From an uncultured delta proteobacterium (GTDB lineage Bacteria > Desulfobacterota > Desulfobacteria > Desulfobacterales > B30-G6): a stretch of 64,000 nucleotides of DNA. The notes under the pieces are model-generated. The model had not been told where the DNA came from, ran no database searches, and saw only the letters and a list, made by a program, of their open reading frames with translations. The translations under genes were made by a program, and so were the position numbers. Below, in pieces: positions 38,884 to 49,300 of this stretch (the first letter of the stretch is position 1; each line of letters begins with the position of its first letter). The stretch is from NCBI GenBank assembly GCA_963823335.1, contig CAWGLD010000004.1:96001-160000 (forward strand), written 5' to 3'.

Positions 38884-41091
38884 CTATTTACTGAACTTAT
38901 CCTGAATGGTCTTTTTCCGACGTGTCCGTCTGGCCCAGACCGCCAACCCGAAAAACACAACCACAACCGGTAGACCGACAATATTGAATGCTTTGACGGC
39001 TGTTTTGGTGAAAGCACCTGTTTCGTCCAGCGGTGTAAAGCGCTGCTGTTTGCTCCGCAAGCGGGCCACATCTTCCTGCTGGTTCAGGTAATCCAAAATG
39101 TTCATCACGAAGATATCGTTGACACCCCGGCCCTCCCTGTCCAGGAGATTGTCTTTGATCATGTCGCTGGACGCCAGGATGAATATCTTTCCGGGCTTGC
39201 CCTTTTCGATGATTTCACCCTCTCTTTGGATCATTTCCGTGGTATCCGCCGCTTTTTGCGGTTCTGTCCCGGTGAGGTCTTCATCTTTTCCCGACGGGTT
39301 GGCCGGTTCTTCCTGCTGGGGTCTTTCAGGCGCCGGCCTTCCCGCAAAATAGCTGGGAAATTCTCCCTCAAGCATGTATGCCAGATCAAATTTTTTCCTC
39401 TCAATATCCGGATCCGGGAGTTTAATGAAGTTGGGATTGAGATTGATATCCTCTTTCATCTCCCAGGCACGCGCTGAAGATTGAAACAGCAGCGTGGCTT
39501 TCAGGTTATGGGTCCTGATCTTTTCCAAATCGATGCTGATGGGTGAAACTTTCAGCGCGATAAGCGCTTTGATATTCTGCATATAGCCAGGTTGATTGTT
39601 GATATTGGCATTCTTGATCAGCGGTGCAAAATAAATCGGCCTTTCACCACCGCCCATTTCGCGTGGCATCGGTTGCTTGAAACATTCCTCGTCATTGACA
39701 ATCGAGGGGTGCACTTCGATCCCGTAATGAAACAGGAGCTTTTCAAGACCTGATTGCATGGGAACGAAATCAGAATTCGCTCCCGGCATCTGGAAACCGG
39801 TGTTGGCCGAGGGAACCTCACGCAGGCTGTCCATAAAGATTGCCAGGCTTTTTCCTTTCATCAAAAACTGATCGATCTGGAAAAGGTCGTAATCTGAAAA
39901 TTTTTCCTTGGGTCCGGGTATAACCAGACAGTTGACAGTGTCCGGCAAGGAGCCTTCTTTTAATGCCACCTCTTTCAACGAATAATTCTGGCTCGCCAGC
40001 GAGTTAAAGTTTGCAGCCTGCTCCGCTGGCGGCCCGAATTGACTCGCCTGGGGTGGCGAAACAATGGCAAGACTGTCAAAATCCGTCAGAACACCCAGAT
40101 TCTGATTGATATCGATGAGCGATTCCATATTGGCAGCGATGACTTCTTCCATCTGTTCAAGCCCGGCCAGTTGGTACTGCGTTCCGAAAATGGGAACATT
40201 TATGACCTGCATCAGCGGGGAGGTGATCGTCTTTTTACCGTAGGCCATCACGAGACCGATGGCACCCTGGCCGGCAGGTATCTTTCCATTGTCAAGCTCC
40301 GGCCAACTCAGGCTCAATATCCGCAACTTCTCCAGATCATCATTGAGGTCGGGATCCAGAGTGGGATCCTTGTGCTCGAAGACCAGCTTATCATAGCTGT
40401 TGATATTGATCCGGCCAACCATCTCCTCCAATTGCTGGGGCAAATTTTTCAAGTCCTCGAGTTTCATGAGAGGAGCCACATCCATGAGGGACGAAGACAT
40501 GAAGAGGTCAACGTGGATTTTGTCCTCCAAGGCCAGCAGGGCGCTGACTTTGTTGTTGAGCTTCCGCATGGCCATGGTCAGCTTGTATTCGAGTCCATCC
40601 GTGGTGGTTATGGTTGGAATACGCTCAATCTGGTCGCCATGAATCATCGCCAGGCCCATATATGCCTTTTGAAAGGTGACTTCATCTTTTTCGATGGCCT
40701 GTATCTGAATCGGATGGATTCCAAGATTGGTAGCCAAAGCCTGGTTCTGGGTTGTTTCATTGTTTAAATCGCCCTGGTCCGGGCTGACATCATAAAAGCG
40801 ATAGTTGAAATTTTTATTGGCCGAAGCAGCGTACTCCGACAACAGATCCTGAAGGTAGCGCTCGGTACTGTTGTGGGGCGCCGGAAGGTTCCTGGAGAAA
40901 AACACATTGATGGTGAGCGGTTCCTTGAGCGTCGACACAACCGTTTTGCTGACATCTGAAATGGAATAGAGTTTTCCTGCAGTCAGGTCCATTCTTTTAA
41001 AAAAAGTCAATCCCGCCGTATTCAACAGCACCACAACAACAGCATAGGTGATAAATTTGTAATATTTTGACGACTTATGCACTGGTTTCAT
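38884..41091 (-). CDS. GldG-like ABC transporter auxiliary protein
   Basis: RMDLTAGKLYSIS..L.EPLTINVFFS, DLFQIDQFLMKG and MNILDYL; C-terminal TM. Confidence 0.82.
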   Translation of the reverse strand: MKPVHKSSKYYKFITYAVVVVLLNTAGLTFFKRMDLTAGKLYSISDVSKTVVSTLKEPLTINVFFSRNLPAPHNSTERYLQDLLSEYAASANKNFNYRFYDVSPDQGDLNNETTQNQALATNLGIHPIQIQAIEKDEVTFQKAYMGLAMIHGDQIERIPTITTTDGLEYKLTMAMRKLNNKVSALLALEDKIHVDLFMSSSLMDVAPLMKLEDLKNLPQQLEEMVGRININSYDKLVFEHKDPTLDPDLNDDLEKLRILSLSWPELDNGKIPAGQGAIGLVMAYGKKTITSPLMQVINVPIFGTQYQLAGLEQMEEVIAANMESLIDINQNLGVLTDFDSLAIVSPPQASQFGPPAEQAANFNSLASQNYSLKEVALKEGSLPDTVNCLVIPGPKEKFSDYDLFQIDQFLMKGKSLAIFMDSLREVPSANTGFQMPGANSDFVPMQSGLEKLLFHYGIEVHPSIVNDEECFKQPMPREMGGGERPIYFAPLIKNANINNQPGYMQNIKALIALKVSPISIDLEKIRTHNLKATLLFQSSARAWEMKEDINLNPNFIKLPDPDIERKKFDLAYMLEGEFPSYFAGRPAPERPQQEEPANPSGKDEDLTGTEPQKAADTTEMIQREGEIIEKGKPGKIFILASSDMIKDNLLDREGRGVNDIFVMNILDYLNQQEDVARLRSKQQRFTPLDETGAFTKTAVKAFNIVGLPVVVVFFGLAVWARRTRRKKTIQDKFSK

Positions 41092-41196
41092 ACATATCTC
41101 CTAGGAATAAATTCGTTTTACGAATTTATCTGTTTCTTCATCTTTTTAACCATTCGACAACAGAAATTGGGCCAAAAGACATTTTTTAGATGACTT

Positions 41197-41901
41197 CTAA
41201 CACCTTTCTTCAATAGATAGATGCGTCCCATAAAGTCCTATAAAAATTACACTCACGAAATAAAACAGATCTCTTGTGTCGATAATACCCTTTGAAATAT
41301 TGGCAAAGTGCGTATCGGCAGCCAGATAACCAAAGAAGCCCAAGAGTGCTTCAGGCATAAAAAACAGCATCTTGCTCAACATTGTCAGACCGAAGCAGAT
41401 GGCCAGGCCGATAATGAAAGCAATGATCTGATTGCGTGTCAGGGATGATGCAAACAACCCCACGCTGCAATAAGATCCTGCCAGAAAAAATGCCCCTATA
41501 TACCCGCCGAAAACTGGCCCCCAATCCAGCTCTCCCATAAAGGAAATGCTCAAGGGGTATGAAATTGTCGGCAGAAGCATCATGGCCATGAATATCGTTC
41601 CTGCCAGAAATTTGCCGAGCACGACCTGGCGAATGGTTACCGGCATGGTCAGCAAGAGCTCATATGATCCTACATTGAGCTCTTCCGAAAACAGCCTCAT
41701 GGTGACCGCCGGCGCCACAAAGGAAAAAATGATCGGCATCATGGTAAAAAAATTGCGCATGCTGGCCAGATCAAAAAGGAAAAAAGTCGAAAAGAAAAAC
41801 CATCCCGTGACCACGAGAAAAATAGAAATAACGATATAGGCGATGGGGGATAGAAAATATGCATAGAATTCTTTTTTGAATATTTGCACGACCTGCTTCA
41901 T
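41197..41901 (-). CDS. GldF-like ABC-2 permease
   Basis: KKEFYAYFLSPIAY, TMRLFSEE..G..ELLLT.P, GKF and SSLTRNQI. Confidence 0.85.
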   Translation of the reverse strand: MKQVVQIFKKEFYAYFLSPIAYIVISIFLVVTGWFFFSTFFLFDLASMRNFFTMMPIIFSFVAPAVTMRLFSEELNVGSYELLLTMPVTIRQVVLGKFLAGTIFMAMMLLPTISYPLSISFMGELDWGPVFGGYIGAFFLAGSYCSVGLFASSLTRNQIIAFIIGLAICFGLTMLSKMLFFMPEALLGFFGYLAADTHFANISKGIIDTRDLFYFVSVIFIGLYGTHLSIEERC

Positions 41902-41902
41902 T

Positions 41903-42838
41903 TTAGCTCTCCAGTGTAATCTGTCTGAATATGGATTCCAGGGTTTGTGTTTCCATGGTCAATTCGGTCAAAATCCAGTCGGTCTCCCTGATTGCCAGAT
42001 AGACCGAACTCCTGATGTCCGTTCCTTTTTCATAACTCAGTTTTATTGAAAGGGCATTTTCAGGGGCATCCGTCATATCGACCTGCTGGACCCCGTCGAC
42101 ATTCCCCAGCAGCTTCCGGGCAGTCTCCGGATCTGCGTTGCGTATGGATAACTTGAGATGTTTTTTTTGTCCGCCGGCAAGCTTTAGATTCTCTGTTCGA
42201 TCATCGGCGGCGATCTTTCCTTTGTGAATAATCACCACACGATCACAGGTCGCCTCAGCTTCGCTCAGTATGTGGGTAGACAGGATAACGGTCTTTTCTT
42301 TTCCGATTTGTCGAATGATGTCACGAATCTCGACAATCTGGTTCGGGTCCAGCCCGGAAGTGGGCTCATCCAGAACCAGGATTTCCGGATCGTCCATCAT
42401 GGCATGTGCCAGCCCCACGCGTTGTTTGTATCCCTTGGAAAGCTCTCCGATAGGTTTGTGCATCATGCTGTCCAAGCCGCAGAGGTCGGATAAATACCTG
42501 ATCCGTGTTAGAACCTTGTCCGTGCCGATCCCCCGGATACCAGCCACATATTGCAGATAATCGTATGCCAGCATGTCCTTGTAGAGAGGGGCTGACTCAG
42601 GCAGGTAGCCCATCAGTTTTTTAATACCCAGGGCATCCGATGCAACCGAGAGCTCTTTGACCTGGATTGTACCCTCAGTGGGCTTCAGGAAACCGGTCAA
42701 CATGCGCAGAAAGGTGGTCTTCCCGGCACCGTTGGGGCCCAGTATTCCCAACACCTCCCCCCTGTGCACATCCAGATTGAAGTTATCGACAGCACAGAAG
42801 TCATGGTAATACTTGGTCAGATTTTCAACATGAATCAT
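41903..42838 (-). CDS. GldA-like ABC ATP-binding protein
   Basis: GPNGAGKTT, LSKGYKQRVG and LDEPTSGLDP; start MIHVENL at 42838 follows a GGGGGA RBS. Confidence 0.9.
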   Translation of the reverse strand: MIHVENLTKYYHDFCAVDNFNLDVHRGEVLGILGPNGAGKTTFLRMLTGFLKPTEGTIQVKELSVASDALGIKKLMGYLPESAPLYKDMLAYDYLQYVAGIRGIGTDKVLTRIRYLSDLCGLDSMMHKPIGELSKGYKQRVGLAHAMMDDPEILVLDEPTSGLDPNQIVEIRDIIRQIGKEKTVILSTHILSEAEATCDRVVIIHKGKIAADDRTENLKLAGGQKKHLKLSIRNADPETARKLLGNVDGVQQVDMTDAPENALSIKLSYEKGTDIRSSVYLAIRETDWILTELTMETQTLESIFRQITLES

Positions 42839-42994
42839 ACAGGTCCCCCCTATTTGAATTGGAACAAATCCAAAATTCGGATTTTGTGTTTTGTCTTTCG
42901 TGTTTCGTGTTTGGTGTTTCGCTTTTTGGCGAAATGAAAATTTGAATATGTATAGGACGGGAGGACAATAATCAATATTTTTTTGAGATAAAAG

Positions 42995-43475
42995 ATGAAC
43001 ATCGAACATCGAACGCTCAACATCGAATTTTGAATGGAAAAGATGAAGTAACAGAATCCCGACTTCCGACCTCTGACTTCTGACCTCCGACGCTGAATTA
43101 TGAATGGAAAGATGAAGAAACAGGTGCGTGCCTTTCAATCCCGCGTGTCTGCCCTTTCGCAGAAAGGGGTTAACTGTTTCTTTTCATTCGACGTTGGAAG
43201 TTCGATGTTCGATGTTGGACGTTCATCTTTAAAATCTTTTTAAACCCAAATCGAATACCTGCAAGAAAACTTTATTGAAGAACCGCGCAGCAAGCTACGA
43301 GGAATCTTCGACCGTAAGGAATTCTGTCTAATCTAGATTCGCTCGCTAACCCCGCAGCAAGCTACGGGGAATGCGCTCGCTTTTTCGGTTCAATTGGCAT
43401 AAATGCCACTCCGATAGAAGTTTCAAAATGATGAACATCGAATTATGAATGGAAAGATGAAGAAACAGGTGTATG
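42995..43475 (+). mobile_element. Family A cassette A10 (42995-43230), linker with nested REP-like insert, and partial copy A11 (43428-43475)
   Basis: Arms as in the other copies; A10 contains a different heptamer run CCGACTTCCGACCTCTGACTTCTGACCTCCGAC at about 43059-43091. Confidence 0.82.
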
Positions 43476-43483
43476 CGTGCGTG

Positions 43484-44116
43484 TCAATACGTGAACGGGT
43501 TGTTCCTGATTTCGTCTGCGACGGTTGAATTGGGCGTCGGTCCATAATCATGACCCGGCCATACAATGGTGTCAGCGGGTAATGTATAGATCTTTTCCTT
43601 GATCGATCGCAGCAGCTGAGCGGATGATCCTCCTGGAAGATCGGTACGGCCCACGGCCTCGACAAACAAGCTGTCACCTGTAAACACATGGCCTTCGGCA
43701 TACAGACAGATGCCGCCCGGTGTATGCCCTGGCGTATGGATTGTTTTCAGGCTGGAAGCGCCGATGGTGATGACGTCATTGTCCTGGAGGAGAATATCCG
43801 GAGCTGGCGAGGACTTGCCGCCCAGAACGCGTGAAAACGCGCTGTTCATGATTTTGTTCAAACGTTTGGCGTCGACGGCGTGAATCAGGAGCTTTGCACC
43901 TGTTGCGGCAATAACTGCTTTATTCCCGGCAGTATGGTCAGAGTGGCAGTGGGTATTGATCACATGGGTAATCGTAAAGCCCTTCTCCCCTGCAATCCTG
44001 AGAATCCTGGGGGTGTCGAAGGCCGGATCGATAAGTGCGCAGGTCTTTGTATTCTCGTCTCCAACCAGGTAACAGAACGTGTCCATCCTCGAGAGCTTGA
44101 GCTGCTTGACAATCAT
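43484..44116 (-). CDS. MBL-fold metallo-hydrolase (glyoxalase II-like)
   Basis: THCHSDH, HTPGHTPG, FTGDSLF and PGHDYG. Confidence 0.9.
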   Translation of the reverse strand: MIVKQLKLSRMDTFCYLVGDENTKTCALIDPAFDTPRILRIAGEKGFTITHVINTHCHSDHTAGNKAVIAATGAKLLIHAVDAKRLNKIMNSAFSRVLGGKSSPAPDILLQDNDVITIGASSLKTIHTPGHTPGGICLYAEGHVFTGDSLFVEAVGRTDLPGGSSAQLLRSIKEKIYTLPADTIVWPGHDYGPTPNSTVADEIRNNPFTY

Positions 44117-46545
44117 GAGCTGGTTCCCTTTCCGACTTTTACAACGACAGGGTTGGTGTCACGCTTGAGCATTATCTCGCGATCAAGATATTTTTTCAGC
44201 TTCTTCTGTACCTTGCCGTAAATTGTCCCGTCAGGATAATTCCCGGCCGCGTCAGGTTCACCCACTGGGGTCCCTGTCAAGATCTGGATCCCTTCCTCGA
44301 TGGTGGCCACCTGATAGATGTGGAAATTACCCTCTTCCACGGCATCGACGACTTCCTTTTTCAACATGAGGTTTTTCACGTTGACAACCGGTATCAGGAC
44401 GCCCTGGTGGCCGGTGAGCCCTTTGGTTTTACAAACATCAAAAAAGCCTTCAATTTTCTGGTTTACGCCGCCGATGGCCTGAACCTTTCCCTTTTGATTG
44501 ACGGAACCCGTTACAGCGATTCCCTGATCGATCGGGCAGCCCGAAAGACTGGACAGAATGGCATACAGTTCGGTGGATGAAGCGCTGTCTCCATCCACTT
44601 CGTTATAATTCTGTTCAAATGTCAAACTGATGGAAAGATTCAGGGGTTGATTCTGGGCAAATGTTCGACCCAGATACCCGGAAAGTGTCAGCACCCCTTT
44701 ATCGTGCGCGCTTCCACTCAAATTTGCCTCCCGTTCAATATTGACGAGTCCTTTTTTGCCCATAAACGTTTCAACCGTAATACGGGATGGACGACCGAAT
44801 GAAATGTCTCCAATCTGGTGCACAGCCAAGCCGTTCACCTGCCCGGTAACAGCTCCGGCCACATCGATGAGAACGGTCCCATCGCTGTAGGATTCATGGA
44901 TCTTTTCCTCGTAAAGGTTATATCGAAATCGGTGCTCGTTGAATGCTTTAATGACATGTGTTTCGGAAACAAGTATGGCATTTTCTTTGCGTGCCCAGTA
45001 ATCGGCTTCCTTAACGATGCCGACAATTGCACCAAATCTCAGGGACAGCTTGTTTTTGTTGGAGGTATATTTTTCACCGAATTCCACCAGTGCTGCAACA
45101 CCATTCGGAGAAAACGGGAGCAGTGTTTCCACCTCACAAACCCTGGCAACAAACTGTGCATATTGCTGAATGCTCTTATCCGTCCGTTCGACTTCGTAAT
45201 CGAAATCGGCCCTGACCTTAAAGATTTTGTTGAACTTGGAATCATAGTTCTGAAGTGCCTGAAACGGCTCATACCCTCCGAGCAGAAGGACTTTCACATC
45301 GGTCGGAATCGACTGAGGACGTAGCGAAGACACCACAATACCTTGGCCGCCGGGCATGTCCTCAATAAAAATACGTTTGCTGCGCAATGCTCTTTTCAAT
45401 GACTCCCACACGACCGGATACATCAGCAACGATTCGATTTCCATGATAAGGAAACCGCCGTCAGCCTGAAGGAAGGAACCCGCCTTTACCATGGTGAAGT
45501 CGGTTGTCATGCCCCCCATATGCGGTTTTTTTTCGATATGACCAAAGACATTCTGATAGGTCGGGTTGGGCTCGAAAATAACGGGTGCGCCGAGAGTACC
45601 TTTACGGTCCACAAGCACATTGACTTTGTATTGCTGAAACGAAGGCGCAGTTTCAGGGAAGAAAACCGGCTGTGTCCTTTCAACCGGTTCCCGGCTCGGA
45701 AGAAAGTCACTGGCATTTTCCACTATATTCTCACGGGCCTCTTCAAGATAGGTTTTTATTTCCGGGCAGTCATCATAGGTTTCCATGATAAATTCCATCT
45801 GTTCACTGACCACCGACAACGCTATCTCGGTCATCAGCGCTTCAACGGCTTTTCCCTGCTCTTGTCGGATCTTGCTGACGTCCCTGAGGGCTGTTTCAAT
45901 TTCGCCCTGGAATGACTGCACCGTGGCTTCTATCTGTTCCTGTTCTTTCTTTGAAAGTTTCAGGAACGCCTCCTGAGTCAAGGGTTGACCATCCTTTAAG
46001 GGAATGGTTTGAAACCTTGCATCCGTTTTTTTGATCGCTACATTTTTTTCCTTTGCGCTTTGATCCAGCTTTAAAAAAAGTTCGGTCTCCTGTTTTTGGT
46101 AGCTGTCCTGGACGGTGCCGATTTTTTTCTGATAGGACGTGTCCTCAAATGTCTTGGGCAATTTGATCTTCAAGCTCTGGACCAGTCTATCCATCTGTCG
46201 GCTGAGAATCGATCCTTTGCCGGCGGGAACCATTAATGGTTTTGGATGATAGGGGTCCTGAAAGTTGTTCACCATACAACAGTCCTGCGGTGTCGGCAGG
46301 GTTCGGGCGTGTTTGCGAGTGATATCGGTGGTGATCGTTGACTTTCCGGTTCCCTCTATTCCGGTGACAAAAATGTTATACTCGGGATTTTTCATATTGA
46401 GTCCAAACTCGATGGCCTGGACAGCACGCTTCTGACCGATGACCTCATCCAGTGGTTCAATCTCTGCCGTACTTTTGAACTCGAATAGTTTCGGGTCGCA
46501 AAAATAGCGCAAATCAGATGATTTCAGTTCATGAGCTTTTTTCAT
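44113..46545 (-). CDS. Lon-like ATP-dependent protease (AAA + S16 domain)
   Basis: IGQKRA, GIEGTGKS, VNGLAV, FEQNY..VDGDSAS and GGVNQKIEGF (Ser-Lys dyad). Confidence 0.88.
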   Translation of the reverse strand: MKKAHELKSSDLRYFCDPKLFEFKSTAEIEPLDEVIGQKRAVQAIEFGLNMKNPEYNIFVTGIEGTGKSTITTDITRKHARTLPTPQDCCMVNNFQDPYHPKPLMVPAGKGSILSRQMDRLVQSLKIKLPKTFEDTSYQKKIGTVQDSYQKQETELFLKLDQSAKEKNVAIKKTDARFQTIPLKDGQPLTQEAFLKLSKKEQEQIEATVQSFQGEIETALRDVSKIRQEQGKAVEALMTEIALSVVSEQMEFIMETYDDCPEIKTYLEEARENIVENASDFLPSREPVERTQPVFFPETAPSFQQYKVNVLVDRKGTLGAPVIFEPNPTYQNVFGHIEKKPHMGGMTTDFTMVKAGSFLQADGGFLIMEIESLLMYPVVWESLKRALRSKRIFIEDMPGGQGIVVSSLRPQSIPTDVKVLLLGGYEPFQALQNYDSKFNKIFKVRADFDYEVERTDKSIQQYAQFVARVCEVETLLPFSPNGVAALVEFGEKYTSNKNKLSLRFGAIVGIVKEADYWARKENAILVSETHVIKAFNEHRFRYNLYEEKIHESYSDGTVLIDVAGAVTGQVNGLAVHQIGDISFGRPSRITVETFMGKKGLVNIEREANLSGSAHDKGVLTLSGYLGRTFAQNQPLNLSISLTFEQNYNEVDGDSASSTELYAILSSLSGCPIDQGIAVTGSVNQKGKVQAIGGVNQKIEGFFDVCKTKGLTGHQGVLIPVVNVKNLMLKKEVVDAVEEGNFHIYQVATIEEGIQILTGTPVGEPDAAGNYPDGTIYGKVQKKLKKYLDREIMLKRDTNPVVVKVGKGTSS

Positions 46546-46812
46546 TTTTCATCCCTTCCTCCCTGTTTTTGCTTCAATTTGGGAGAGGCCATTGCAGATC
46601 CAATATGTAGATACCCGGGTCCAAAGAGCCTGGCACTGATTAAACCCTGAAGGGTTTTTAGGATCATGTTCGTTTGTAACAAATTCTAAATTCGAATATC
46701 GAAATACCACAATAAATCCAAATATCAAAACTTCTTTTTTATTGCTCCGCAGGTCTACTACGAATAAAGCCGTTAATATTTAGACACGATCAGTTGTAAA
46801 CATTTAAGATTT

Positions 46813-47050
46813 TTCTCTCAATTAGGAGAAAGGGTTCAAGGAGTCCAGGATTCAAGGGTTCAAGTGTTTGTTTTCCAGGGATTTGATCAACGTTTTTAGC
46901 ACGTTATCTAAATCCTCGATCTTTTCTCTTAATTCTTGAAGTCCTTATAAATATCCAAACAAAGTTTATACAATTTTTACTTAACGTTTAACTCTTCATA
47001 ATTTCTAAACACTCCACTCGAACCCTGGACCCCTTGAATCCTTGAACCCT
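46813..47050 (-). mobile_element. Family B cassette B2 with deleted four-helix-bundle remnant (46852-47012)
   Basis: Arms match B1; minus-strand remnant VFRNYEELNVK*KLYKLCLDIYK / GLQELREKIEDLDNVLKTLIKSLENKHLNP*. Confidence 0.8.
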
Positions 47051-47156
47051 TCATTTTAATCAACTCTTTTGGAGAAGATCTACCTTTAATAATAGAGTTT
47101 TCAAACACAATTTATGTCTAAACAATTATGGTCTTATTAGTAAATAGGAATGCTGC

Positions 47157-47918
47157 TCAGCCGGCGATGCCGCCACCATCCACGACCAGTGCCGTGCCGG
47201 TCACGAAAGAGGAATCGTCCGAGGCCAGATACAGCACCGCCTCAGCGATCTCCTCGACAGTGCCGATGCGACCGAGAGGCCGGTCGGCGGCTTCGGCGGC
47301 GTAGGCTTCCCAGGACATGCCGCGCTTGGCCGCATCGGCGGGAAGCATGGGGGTCTGCACATCGCCGGGGCATATGCAGTTCACGCGAATCCCGTCGGGG
47401 CCGTGATCGATCGCCATGGCCTTGGCCATCACCACCAGCCCCCCCTTGGCAGCGCAGTACGCCGCTGCCTTGTGACCTCCCTGGATCCCCCAGCCGGAGC
47501 TGGTGTGGATAATCGAGCCGCTGCCGCGCGCGATCATCGACGGCAGAACGTATTTCGACATTAAGAAGGCGCCTTTGAGGCTGGTGTCGATGGTCTCGTC
47601 CCACTCCTCCTGGGTGCATTCCGGCACGGTTTTCGGATGGAATACCCCGGCGTTGTTGAACAGCACGTCGATCTTGCCGAAGCGCTCGAGGGTCTGTTCG
47701 ACCGCCTGGCGGCAGGCGTCGGCAAAGCGCACATCGGAGCGGATAAAAAGTGCCTCGACGCCATGCGCGGCGATGGCCTGGACCACCTGCTCCCCTCGCC
47801 CGGCATCGCGCCCGGTGATAGCGACCGCCGCCCCCTCGCGTGCGAAACGCACGGCGGTGGCACTGCCGATTCCCGAGGTTCCTCCGGTTATGAGGGCTAC
47901 CTTTCCTTTCAGTTTCAT
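47157..47918 (-). CDS. SDR family oxidoreductase
   Basis: TGGTSGIG, NNAG and YCAAK; start MKLKGK at 47918. Confidence 0.92.
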   Translation of the reverse strand: MKLKGKVALITGGTSGIGSATAVRFAREGAAVAITGRDAGRGEQVVQAIAAHGVEALFIRSDVRFADACRQAVEQTLERFGKIDVLFNNAGVFHPKTVPECTQEEWDETIDTSLKGAFLMSKYVLPSMIARGSGSIIHTSSGWGIQGGHKAAAYCAAKGGLVVMAKAMAIDHGPDGIRVNCICPGDVQTPMLPADAAKRGMSWEAYAAEAADRPLGRIGTVEEIAEAVLYLASDDSSFVTGTALVVDGGGIAG

Positions 47919-47979
47919 ATCCCTACCCTTTCCATATCGGTCCAGGGGACCAAAGTACCGCGGCCCGCCCCCTGGCAGG

Positions 47980-48744
47980 TTACGTGTGTACCCACTGGCT
48001 GCAGAGGCCCCCGGTGGTTTCGGCACCGTCCATGACATAGACGTGGCCGGTGGCAAACGCGGCGTCCTCGGAGGCCAGGTACGCGAACAGCGCGGCGATC
48101 TCCTCGGGTTTCGCGTGCCGGCCCATCGGGATCTTCCGGTTCACCGCGTCCAGCATCGAATCCGTGTACTCGGCGCGCTGCATCGGGGTTAGCACGTACC
48201 CGGGAGAAATCGCATTCACGCGGACCACGGGGGCCAGCTCCAGCGCCATGGCCATCGTCAAGGCGATCACGCCGCCCTTGCTTGCGCTGTAGTCGGCGTA
48301 GTGCGGGTACCCGGTGGAACCGGCCGTGGAGGCGGTGTTGAGAATCACGCCGGAGCCCTTTTCCATCATGTGCCGTGCGGCGGTCTGTGCCACGTAGAAG
48401 ACCCCCTTGAGGTTGACGCCCAGCACCTGGTCCCACTCGTCCGGCGTGATATCCAGGAAATCGTGGCGGATGCTGATACCGGCGTTGTTGATCAGCACAT
48501 CGACCGATCCCATGCGATCGATAGCCTCGGCAAGTGCCGTCTGTACCTGTTCCAGGTTCGATACGTCTGCGTCGATCACCCCGGTCAACGCCGGAAGCTC
48601 TTGGGCCACCCGGGCCCGTGCCTCGGCACTGCGATCGAGGATGCAAACGGCGCAGCCCTCCTCCAGAAAGCGCGCCGCAGTGGCCTGCCCTATACCACTG
48701 GCGCCGCCGGTCACCAGCACATTCTTGCCGTTCAAACCGCGCAT
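47980..48744 (-). CDS. SDR family oxidoreductase
   Basis: TGGASGIG, NNAG and YSASK. Confidence 0.92.
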   Translation of the reverse strand: MRGLNGKNVLVTGGASGIGQATAARFLEEGCAVCILDRSAEARARVAQELPALTGVIDADVSNLEQVQTALAEAIDRMGSVDVLINNAGISIRHDFLDITPDEWDQVLGVNLKGVFYVAQTAARHMMEKGSGVILNTASTAGSTGYPHYADYSASKGGVIALTMAMALELAPVVRVNAISPGYVLTPMQRAEYTDSMLDAVNRKIPMGRHAKPEEIAALFAYLASEDAAFATGHVYVMDGAETTGGLCSQWVHT

Positions 48745-48864
48745 AAGTCACCTCCCGTCACTCGATTTCTTCGTGTTCTCATTTTTCACCTATACAATAG
48801 GGGACGTTTGAGGCAGACCGTTCACAATTGAAGATCCGACCCCAATTACGCCGCTTATAATGTG

Positions 48865-49119
48865 TCAAGAATGAAGACCTGACTCCGTTGGCTTCACATG
48901 CCCCATTTTCCGGGCAAATTTACATTTGGGAAAGTTCGAACATCCCAAGAAATTCTGTCCGGCATACTGCCCTTTTTTTGCAACCCTTTCGATTAATTCG
49001 GCTCCGCATTTTGGACAAACCGGTGTTATCGTTACGGCAGTCGATTTGTCTGTCGCCTCAGCAATTTGTTTTTCTCTTGCTTCCTGTATGGCTTCCGGCG
49101 GGTCTGAATCTTTTTCCAA
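48865..49119 (-). pseudogene. Isolated topoisomerase-type C4 zinc ribbon; probably the C-terminal remnant of a larger gene
   Basis: CPKCGAEL..FLGCSNFPKC; no convincing start or N-terminal domain. Confidence 0.55.
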
Positions 49120-49300
49120 ACGGGCGCCAACGTTAATATTGAAAGAAGAAGAAAGCGTTCCCTTATTCCGCCTGTTGTGGTTATTTTCTCACATCGGTAA
49201 AATTATAGGAATCTGATATCTACCGGTTTGTTGGAGATAGTACAGATTTCGGATAGTATAATTTTCATGTGATATCAAAACGATATAAAAAAAATAGGGA

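Noticed and set aside
42839-43138. Long N-terminal extensions and short ORFs containing HSKFDVERSMFDVH or EHRTSNIE (also 20807-21104, 30354-30838, 38490-39071)
   Set aside because: These are translations of the heptamer arms, not independent genes.
47150-48831. Numerous long antisense or alternate-frame ORFs over the SDRs and other genes
   Set aside because: Shadow ORFs expected opposite real genes, especially at high GC.
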